From contig CAWHFJ010000011.1 of NCBI GenBank assembly GCA_963828495.1, positions 32,623-96,622 of the forward strand: a stretch of 64,000 bases of DNA, read 5' to 3'. Of this stretch, positions 33,421 to 42,145 are shown piece by piece. The translations under genes and the position numbers were made by a program. Position 1 is the first letter of the stretch, and every line of letters begins with the position of its first letter. Source of the stretch: Candidatus Omnitrophota bacterium. GTDB lineage: Bacteria > Omnitrophota > Gorgyraeia > Zapsychrales > Fredricksoniimonadaceae. The notes under the pieces were generated by a model. That model was not told where the DNA came from, ran no database searches, and saw nothing but the letters and a program-made list of their open reading frames with translations.

Positions 33421-34034
33421 CTAAAAACATTTCTGAAACTGCTCAATCGCCTTAGCCTTTACGTCATTTAGCGGCACGGCGCGGCCTTTTATTTTTGCAT
33501 AGACGTCATACGCACATTAAGGCCGCAGGGCTTGATCAAATCAAACAAAGATAAATCCGTATTCACGTTAACCCCTAACCCATGATAGGTCACCCATTGG
33601 CGCACGCCAACGCCGATGGAAACAATCTTATCATCCCCCACAAACACACCCCGCTGACCCGGAATGCTTATTGCCAATATACCAAAATCCTTCAATAAAT
33701 CAATTGCAACTTGTTCAAGCCTCGCTACATAGATTTTAAGATCTCTTTTACGTTTATTTAAATTAAAGATAGGATAAATAACCAATTGTCCGGGGGCGTG
33801 CAAGGTTACATCCCCTCCCCGGTCAACCTCCCGGATCACAACACCACGAGCCTCAATACCTAGGTGACTACATAGCAGATTCTCAGGCTTAGTCATTCGC
33901 CCCAACGTCAATACCGCAGGATGTTCACAAAAAATCAGATGATCCGCCCTCCCCATGATGACGCTGTGTACGTATTTTTTTTGACGTTCATAAGCTAACG
34001 AATAATCAATAAGTCCCCAATCTTCAATAATCAT
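33421..34034 (-). CDS. lipB: Octanoyltransferase LipB (apparent 1-nt deletion in the A-run near 33489)
   Basis: CEHPAVLTLGR, RGGDVTLHAPGQLVIYP, VRQWVTYHGLGVNV. The C-terminus continues out of frame as ...IKGRAVPLNDVKAKAIEQFQKCF*. Confidence 0.8.
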
Positions 34035-34059
34035 TGAATGAGATCCTTAGTATTAAACT

Positions 34060-34095
34060 AAAAAACCGTCGGAGACTTAGGCTTCCCACGGTTTT
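34060..34095 (-). terminator. Rho-independent terminator downstream of icd
   Basis: On the minus strand: AAAACCGTGGGAAGCCTAAGTCTCCGACGGTTTTTT. This is an imperfect long stem followed by a T-run, between the icd stop (34123) and the lipB start (34034). Confidence 0.55.
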
Positions 34096-34122
34096 GTGAT
34101 AATTAAGGTGACGCACACTTAA

Positions 34123-35190
34123 TTATAACTTTTTGCAAATCGCCTCGGCCATTTGCATGGTCCCAACAGCACTGGGGTCTTTGCGGTCGGGCTTAAGGTC
34201 ATACGTGACAGATTTACCTTCTTTTAGGACCGCACGGACCGCATTGTCTAAACGCTCGGCAGCGCTTGTTTCTTTAAGATGACGCAACATCCATACGGCC
34301 GAAAGAATGGTCGCCGTAGGATTGACTTTATTCTGAAGGGCGTATTTAGGCGCTGAGCCGTGCACCGGTTCAAACAAAGCGATCTCATCGCCGTAATTAG
34401 CCCCCGGGGCCACCCCCAGCCCTCCGATCAAGCCGGCACACAAATCCGAAACAATATCACCGTACAAATTAGTTAAAACCAGACAATCGTACAAATGCGG
34501 ATTCTGGATTAGCTGCATGCACATATTATCCACGATGCAGTCGCTAAATTCAATTTTCCCCTCGTATTCTTGCGCCACTTCCTGGGCACACCTCAAAAAA
34601 AGACCGTCGGTAAATTTCATGATATTGGCTTTATGGACAGCGGTGATTTTGCGACGCTCGAGCTTAATGGCCCAGTCAAAAGCAAACTTGACAATACGCT
34701 TGGAGGCACTAATCGAAATCGGTTTAATGGAAATGGCCGCGTCTTCTTTGATCTTTTTTGCGGACATTTCATTGATCAACGCGCGCAAACGGTCGCATTC
34801 GGGCGTATGAATATCAAACTCAATGCCGGCGTATAAGTCTTCCGTATTTTCACGGAAAATCATTAAATTCACATTTTTAATCTTGGTCTTGGTCCCTTCA
34901 TAATATAAACAGGGACGCACACAGGCAAACAAATCCAGCGACTGCCTTAATTGCACATTAACGGAACGAAAACCACGGCCCACGGGTGTTGTAATAGGCC
35001 CTTTGATCGCGGTTTTATTGCGCCTGATCGATTCCAGCACGGCATCTGTCAAGGGAGTCCCGTATTTTTGTATCGATTTCTCGCCGACTTGGTGCTCTTC
35101 CCAGTCAATGTTCACACCTGTGGCGTCCACGCACATTTTCATGGCGGCGGTGACTTCCGGGCCGACACCGTCTCCTGGTAATAATGTCAC
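34123..35190 (-). CDS. icd: Isocitrate dehydrogenase (isocitrate/isopropylmalate dehydrogenase family)
   Basis: LLPGDGVGPEV, GFRSVNVQLRQSLDLFACVRP, NLYGDIVSDLCAGLIGGLG. The start is uncertain: either GTG at 35190, or the out-of-frame ATG at ~35202 with a further indel. Confidence 0.8.
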   Translation of the reverse strand: MTLLPGDGVGPEVTAAMKMCVDATGVNIDWEEHQVGEKSIQKYGTPLTDAVLESIRRNKTAIKGPITTPVGRGFRSVNVQLRQSLDLFACVRPCLYYEGTKTKIKNVNLMIFRENTEDLYAGIEFDIHTPECDRLRALINEMSAKKIKEDAAISIKPISISASKRIVKFAFDWAIKLERRKITAVHKANIMKFTDGLFLRCAQEVAQEYEGKIEFSDCIVDNMCMQLIQNPHLYDCLVLTNLYGDIVSDLCAGLIGGLGVAPGANYGDEIALFEPVHGSAPKYALQNKVNPTATILSAVWMLRHLKETSAAERLDNAVRAVLKEGKSVTYDLKPDRKDPSAVGTMQMAEAICKKL

Positions 35191-35236
35191 TGTGTGCTCA
35201 TAGGTAGGGGAATTCCTCCGACAGCTTTAGCGGAGA

Positions 35237-36307
35237 TTATTTTTTCCCGAATAGAGCTCTTAATTCATTGATGTCCGTCGAAAAATTCAAAGCGGTCTCA
35301 TAAGTGATAATATCTTTTTCATAAAGCTCTTGAAGAGATTTATCAAAAGTGCGCATCCCATATTGCCCGCCGGTTTGAATGGCCGTACGCAGCTGTTCCA
35401 CGGCTTTCTCACGGATCATGTTACGCACACCCGGTGTAGCTATCATGATTTCCGGGACCATGATCCGGCCCTGACCGGAAGCCCTGGGGGCCAATTTCTG
35501 GGAAATCACACCCTGTAAAACCGCCGAAAGCTGCAGACGGATTTGCTGCTGCTGATAGGGAGGAAAAACATCGATAATACGCTCAACGGTTTGCGGGGCA
35601 TCCGGGGTATGTAACGTGGCTAAAACCAAATGCCCGGTTTCCGCCGCGGTCAGTGCCGTTGAAATCGTCTCCAAATCGCGCATTTCCCCTATCACAATCA
35701 CATCCGGGTCCTGGCGTAAACAATGCTTGAGCGCTTCCGCGAACGAATTGGTATCCCGGTAAACCTCACGCTGCTTGATAACCGATTTTTTATTCGTAAA
35801 AATATACTCAATGGGGTCTTCGATGCACATAATCACACAAGTCCGCTCGGAATTGATCAAATTAATAATCGACGCCAATGTGGTGGTTTTACCGGTACCT
35901 GTGGGACCGGTAATTAAGACCAACCCATTTTGCTTGCGCGCCAGGTCCGTAATCACCGGCGGCAATTGCAACTCTTCCATAGAAGGGATAAATAAAGAGA
36001 CTCGACGTAAAGCAGCCTCCACGGATCCCCGTTGAATATGCACATTCACACGGAAACGATCCATACCGGATAGGGCTAAAGAAAAATCCAGTTCCTTATC
36101 TTGCTCGAATTTAACTTTCTGCGCTTCGGAAAGAGCGCCATAAATCATCTCCTGAATTTGCTCGCGGCGAAGAGGCTCGACGCTCAGAGGCACCAGACGC
36201 CCATCAATACGAAAAATGGGTGGCGTATTTTCAGTCAAATGCAAATCAGAAGCTTTTTGCTCAATAGTCAATAAAAGAAGTTCCCGTAGGTAAGGAGTTT
36301 TTCCCAT
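35237..36307 (-). CDS. pilT: Type IV pilus retraction ATPase PilT
   Basis: ASDLHL, GPTGTGKTTTLAS, IVIGEMRDLETI, HLVLATLHT, and the AIRNMIRE-like motif GVRNMIREK. Confidence 0.9.
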   Translation of the reverse strand: MGKTPYLRELLLLTIEQKASDLHLTENTPPIFRIDGRLVPLSVEPLRREQIQEMIYGALSEAQKVKFEQDKELDFSLALSGMDRFRVNVHIQRGSVEAALRRVSLFIPSMEELQLPPVITDLARKQNGLVLITGPTGTGKTTTLASIINLINSERTCVIMCIEDPIEYIFTNKKSVIKQREVYRDTNSFAEALKHCLRQDPDVIVIGEMRDLETISTALTAAETGHLVLATLHTPDAPQTVERIIDVFPPYQQQQIRLQLSAVLQGVISQKLAPRASGQGRIMVPEIMIATPGVRNMIREKAVEQLRTAIQTGGQYGMRTFDKSLQELYEKDIITYETALNFSTDINELRALFGKK

Positions 36308-36321
36308 GATTAGCCATCCAC

Positions 36322-37487
<1,166 letters not shown>

Positions 37488-37559
37488 CTATCATTCAAAA
37501 AGCCACCAGGCATATGCCTGCTTTATTCGCCATTCTCACGGTTTTTTCACACTCGATGA

Positions 37560-38312
37560 TCAGGGTTTTCCGGCTTCAATCGCCAAGCAGGCGGCTTTGA
37601 CCGAGGCCATGGCCTGGATCGTACGCGGGCCGATGACCGGAACGTCAAAACGGCTGTCTTGTTTTGGCTTGGAAGTCTTGACCACCACCGCTTTGACGCG
37701 GGCGATTTTCCCGCCACGGACGATAGCACGGTCGGTGCCTTCCATCGCTTCAATGGCCACAATGGCTTTTTCTTTGACCACGACCGTCTGGCCGATATCC
37801 ATGGCGCCCATCTGTTTGGCAATAGCAAGCCCAAAGTCAATGTCACTTAATTCACTCTGTGTCGGCCCTCGTTTGGTCAACGTGCCGCGGGGAGCTAAAT
37901 ATTTTTTTAATAAAAACGTGGAATCTAAAAGGGTCATGCCCTCTTGTTTTAAACGCTCCGCTACCGCGGCAAAAATGGTATCTGCCTTGCGATCGCGCAA
38001 GGCATCAGAAAGCGCTTGAAATACCTCGTCTAACTCAAGGGCCGGGTTAAATAAATGATCCTGTTTGACTTGACCGGCCATGATGACGTCACTGACCCCG
38101 GCCTGCCGGAAATACTCAAAAAGTTTTTTTAATTCTCCCACCTTGAAATACCGGAATTTATCGACGAAAAAATAGAGGAATGGCGAGGTGTCCCCGAGAA
38201 CGGCCCCTGCGATGACCTTGTAGCCCTGGTCACGGGCGGCCCTGGCAAAAAGAAAAGGGAATTGCCTGTTGCCTGCAATAAGGCCGATGATTTTTAAATT
38301 AGGAGATGCCAC
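37560..38312 (-). CDS. lpxI: UDP-2,3-diacylglucosamine pyrophosphatase LpxI (DUF1009 family)
   Basis: IGLIAGNRQFPFLFARAARDQG...MDIGQTVVVKEKAIVAIEAMEGTD. The start was tentatively moved to GTG at 38312 to limit overlap with lpxA. Confidence 0.75.
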   Translation of the reverse strand: MASPNLKIIGLIAGNRQFPFLFARAARDQGYKVIAGAVLGDTSPFLYFFVDKFRYFKVGELKKLFEYFRQAGVSDVIMAGQVKQDHLFNPALELDEVFQALSDALRDRKADTIFAAVAERLKQEGMTLLDSTFLLKKYLAPRGTLTKRGPTQSELSDIDFGLAIAKQMGAMDIGQTVVVKEKAIVAIEAMEGTDRAIVRGGKIARVKAVVVKTSKPKQDSRFDVPVIGPRTIQAMASVKAACLAIEAGKP

Positions 38313-39078
38313 GTTTAGATGTTTGAATAAATTCGATGACCCTGGAGATTTCAGGCACACCGTTTAACTGCTCTTGGATCTGATTAATGGCATTAGTCCG
38401 ATTTAAACCGGAATTAAAAAGAATTTTAAACGCACGGCGTAAAGCCATCTGACGGTCGGAAGGAATATCCGCGCGTTTTAAGCCCACGATATTTAAACCC
38501 CTTAAGGTGGCAGGGTTACCGTCCACTAAAGAAAACGGAGGGACATCCTGATTAACCTTGGAACAACCGCCGATCATGGACAAAAATCCTACACGGCCAT
38601 ATTGATGGATGCCGGACAGGCCGCCGATCACTGCCCGGTCTTCAATGGTCACATGCCCCGAAAGCCCCACATAATTAGCCAGCACACAGTCATTGCCTAT
38701 CACGCAGTCATGCGCCACATGAGAGCAGGCCATAAACAAATTGTGGTTTCCGATACGCGTCGTCCCCCCGCCTTCTATGGTACCGGGATTGACGGTCACA
38801 TATTCACGAAAAACATTATACTCGCCTATATTCAAGTAGACCACGTCCTCTCGCTGATGTTTTCTATCCTGCGGCAGGCTGCCGATAACAGCTCCTGTAA
38901 ATAACTGACATCCGCGACCTATTGTGGTATGTCCCTCAATCACACAATGCGCTGCGATCTTGACATCCTCTGCGATCGTCACAGGACCATCAATGACCGT
39001 AAATGGACCAACCGTCACATTATGCCCAAGTTTGACTTGATCCCCCACTATCGCTGTTGGATGAATATTTTTAGCCAT
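38299..39078 (-). CDS. lpxA: Acyl-ACP--UDP-GlcNAc O-acyltransferase
   Basis: IHPTAIV, hexapeptide repeats, and the C-terminus LVGLKRADIPSDRQMALRRAFKILF. Confidence 0.9.
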   Translation of the reverse strand: MAKNIHPTAIVGDQVKLGHNVTVGPFTVIDGPVTIAEDVKIAAHCVIEGHTTIGRGCQLFTGAVIGSLPQDRKHQREDVVYLNIGEYNVFREYVTVNPGTIEGGGTTRIGNHNLFMACSHVAHDCVIGNDCVLANYVGLSGHVTIEDRAVIGGLSGIHQYGRVGFLSMIGGCSKVNQDVPPFSLVDGNPATLRGLNIVGLKRADIPSDRQMALRRAFKILFNSGLNRTNAINQIQEQLNGVPEISRVIEFIQTSKRGIS

Positions 39079-40399
39079 ATAAATAATGAGCTTCCGTATA
39101 AGAAAACATCATGTCCGCCTCAATAGCCACTTCCCCATTGACACGCCCGACACCTTTAATATTTGCCGTACGTTCCCTGTCGCGGATAATTTCAACCTCC
39201 AGCAACAGTTGGTCTCCGGGAGCAACCACCTTACGGAACTTCACATCCCCAATAGACATAAATAAAGCTACTTTACCACGATGCGCACCGCCGGTCAACA
39301 CTACAACCCCCGCGGTCTGCGCCATGGCCTCGACCATAATCACTCCCGGCATCACCGGCCTCTGAGGGAAATGCCCTTGAAAAAAACCGTCATTCATCGT
39401 CACATTCTTGATGCCGACCCCTTTCTTGCCAGGCTCGATTTCAATGACCCTATCGACAAACAAAAATGGATACCGATGAGGCAAAATTTTCATAATCTGA
39501 TCAATATTAAAAACCCGCCCCTGGCCCGGGACTTCTACAGGCACTATGTCTGGCGTTGCATATTTCTGGCGCTGGGCGTCTATCTTTTTGATCAAAGCCC
39601 TGTTTAAAGCATGCCCGCTCTTAGTCGCATACACAGCCCCCTGCACAGAGTAACCTAACAGAGATAAGTCACCCACAATGTCTAAAACCTTATGTCTAGC
39701 GCATTCATCCGGGAAACGCAATGTATTCTGCACAACCCCCTTCTGTGCAATGACGAGTGTGGTTTTATAATCCGAACCACGGCCCAAACCCTGCTGGCGA
39801 ATATCCTGCACTTCGGATTCAATGCAAAAGGTGCGCGATGGGGCCAGGTCACGGGCAAAAGATACTGGATCAAAGTCCAAGGCAAAAAATTGCGAACGCA
39901 AAAAAGGATGGTCGTAATCCAGAGTATACGCAATGTGCAGTTTATCATGCGGCACAATCACAATCGTCGATGTTTTATTGGCAACGACAATGGGTTCTTG
40001 AATAACAAAAATATTTTTATCCGTGGACTGTTCTACAGACCCCGCTTCCTGCAAAGCCTTTAAAAACTCCAGGCTGCTGCCATCCATGCCGGGAACCTCT
40101 TCGCCGTCTATCTCAATGGTCAGATTATCAATACCCAAGCCCGTTAAAGCCGCCATTAAATGTTCAATGGTACAAACGCGCACCCCCTGATATTCAATAG
40201 CGCTACAACGGACGACCTTCACATCCATCACCGCGGTCGACAAAGAGACTTTAATCGACGGGTTGCCGGGTAAATCCGTGCGCACAAAACAAATGCCTGT
40301 ATCCTCCGCCGCGGGTTTTAGCGTCATGTGAACATTAACGCCACTATGCAATCCGATACCGGAAAGAGTGACAGGATTTTTTATCGTTTGTTGCTTCAT
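39071..40399 (-). CDS. Bifunctional UDP-3-O-acyl-GlcNAc deacetylase / 3-hydroxyacyl-ACP dehydratase (LpxC-FabZ fusion)
   Basis: LpxC half: QQTIKNPVTLSGIGLHSG, EHLMAAL, HKVLDIVGDL. FabZ half: ILPHRYPFLFVD, FFQGHFP, PVMPGVI. Confidence 0.9.
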   Translation of the reverse strand: MKQQTIKNPVTLSGIGLHSGVNVHMTLKPAAEDTGICFVRTDLPGNPSIKVSLSTAVMDVKVVRCSAIEYQGVRVCTIEHLMAALTGLGIDNLTIEIDGEEVPGMDGSSLEFLKALQEAGSVEQSTDKNIFVIQEPIVVANKTSTIVIVPHDKLHIAYTLDYDHPFLRSQFFALDFDPVSFARDLAPSRTFCIESEVQDIRQQGLGRGSDYKTTLVIAQKGVVQNTLRFPDECARHKVLDIVGDLSLLGYSVQGAVYATKSGHALNRALIKKIDAQRQKYATPDIVPVEVPGQGRVFNIDQIMKILPHRYPFLFVDRVIEIEPGKKGVGIKNVTMNDGFFQGHFPQRPVMPGVIMVEAMAQTAGVVVLTGGAHRGKVALFMSIGDVKFRKVVAPGDQLLLEVEIIRDRERTANIKGVGRVNGEVAIEADMMFSYTEAHYLYG

Positions 40400-40405
40400 A
40401 AATAT

Positions 40406-40533
40406 TACTTTCTCAAATGAATCCTAGAATAGTGCCGCTTCCTTAAAAATTATTAAACCAATTTCAGAACAGTGTCGTTTCCTTGTATTCATATTAGAAA
40501 AACGACGAACCTTAATGTACATATTAGAAATAC
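40406..40533 (-). repeat. Conserved intergenic element, copy B (upstream of lpxC/fabZ)
   Basis: It aligns with 13951..14077. It has the same TACTTTCTCAAA end next to the ATG, the GTGCCGCTTCCTTAAAAA block, the GTCGTTT/AAACGAC inverted repeat, and two CATATTAGAAA motifs at 40490..40500 and 40520..40530, again 30 nt apart. Confidence 0.8.
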
Positions 40534-40541
40534 GGCGGGCA

Positions 40542-41573
40542 TTATTTTCTTTTCTCCAACTCTGCAATACGCTTTTCCAAAGCTTTGATTCTTTCCACAT
40601 ACTTATCCAGCCTTTGGATATGCGCATTATTTCTAAACGCATTCTTGATCGGCTGGGCCGGAGATCCAAAAACCTGCTCGCCTGCCCTAATAGACTTGCT
40701 CACCCCTGATTGGGCCGCCACCACTGCCCCGTCCCCAATTTCTATATGACCCACAAGACCTGCCTGGGCCGCCAAAATCACACCATCACCTATCCTCGTA
40801 CTGCCGGCGATGCCCGCTTGAGCGACAATCAAACAATGTTTGCCGATAGTGACATTGTGCGCTATTTGTACCAAATTATCGATTTTTGTCCCCTCACCGA
40901 TAACTGTTTTATCAAAACGCGCGCGGTCAATAGTGACATTAGCCCCGATTTCCACATCATCCTCTATGACCACACTCCCCACTTGAGGGATTTTCATATG
41001 TTTGCCATCAACCGTCACATAACCATAACCATCAGAGCCGATGACAGTCCCGCTGTGAATGATCACGCGCCGACCTACAGAAACATTCTCGCGCAAAATG
41101 ACGTGAGGATAAAGCAAACAGCCTGCTTTTAAATGCGTATCATGCCCCACATAACAGCCGGCATAAAGCACGCATCCTTCCTCAATGACCGCATTGGCCT
41201 CAATTGTCGTATAAGGACCGACAGCCACATCCCTGGCTAATTTGGCTTTTGGAGCAATGACAGCGGTGGGATGAATACCACGGGGTTTATAGTCAGGGGC
41301 ATCCTTTAAGAAATGGTTGACAACTTTCGAGAAACTTAAAGAGGGATTATCGACCCTGATAACAGTTTTCCCCGGACAGGCAATCTGCCGGGGAACAAGA
41401 ATGACACCCGCCTGCGTGTCAAGAAGCAACGACTCATATTTAGGATTACCTAAGAATGTCAGGTCATCTTTTTTGGCTTCTTTAATCCCTGAAAACCCGC
41501 TGACCAACCGTAAACCGTCACCAACAATCTCCCCGTTAACCAACCGGGCTATATCAGCAACGGTCAGACGCAT
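40542..41573 (-). CDS. lpxD: UDP-3-O-acylglucosamine N-acyltransferase
   Basis: MRLTVADIARLVNGEIVG, long hexapeptide-repeat region, C-terminal coiled coil. Confidence 0.9.
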   Translation of the reverse strand: MRLTVADIARLVNGEIVGDGLRLVSGFSGIKEAKKDDLTFLGNPKYESLLLDTQAGVILVPRQIACPGKTVIRVDNPSLSFSKVVNHFLKDAPDYKPRGIHPTAVIAPKAKLARDVAVGPYTTIEANAVIEEGCVLYAGCYVGHDTHLKAGCLLYPHVILRENVSVGRRVIIHSGTVIGSDGYGYVTVDGKHMKIPQVGSVVIEDDVEIGANVTIDRARFDKTVIGEGTKIDNLVQIAHNVTIGKHCLIVAQAGIAGSTRIGDGVILAAQAGLVGHIEIGDGAVVAAQSGVSKSIRAGEQVFGSPAQPIKNAFRNNAHIQRLDKYVERIKALEKRIAELEKRK

Positions 41574-41583
41574 GACCGATAAA

Positions 41584-42093
41584 TTACTTCTTTGTGTAGC
41601 TGTCATTTAAAGTCTTCATTACCTCTGGGGTGATATTAAATTCCGGCTCACCGTAAATCATCACCCGGTCATTAAGAACAAAAGTATACCCATCCCTTTG
41701 GGCTATACCACTGACGACTTTTTCAACTTCCTGAAGGATTTCACGCACTTTCTCATCACGTCTCCTGGCAAGTTGGGTACGCTTATCTTTATCAAAAGCG
41801 ATCACCTCATTTTTTTGCTTTTCGATGTCCGCTTGCATTTTTACCTTTTCGGTCTCATTCATCAGGTCCAATTTGCTCTGGGCATCTCTGATTTTTGCGA
41901 CCATGGCATCGCGATCTTTTTGAAAAGCTTCGCCTTCTTTTTGTAAAACAGCGTCAAATTCTTTGGTTTTTTGATAATTGTCAAATACTCGAGCTAAATC
42001 CACATAGGCAATTTTTACATCTTTGGCGCAAGCCATGCCAATCATCATAAACCCAAAAATCACCGCTAAACCTAATACTTTAACTGCTTTCAT
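41584..42093 (-). CDS. OmpH/Skp periplasmic chaperone
   Basis: Signal peptide, then IAYVDLARVFDNYQKTKEF..., Lys/Glu-rich coiled arms, and a position between lpxD and bamA. Confidence 0.85.
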   Translation of the reverse strand: MKAVKVLGLAVIFGFMMIGMACAKDVKIAYVDLARVFDNYQKTKEFDAVLQKEGEAFQKDRDAMVAKIRDAQSKLDLMNETEKVKMQADIEKQKNEVIAFDKDKRTQLARRRDEKVREILQEVEKVVSGIAQRDGYTFVLNDRVMIYGEPEFNITPEVMKTLNDSYTKK

Positions 42094-42145
42094 AGAACCC
42101 TCCTATTTATACTTTTACCAGACAATGGGGAAAATAATTAAACGA

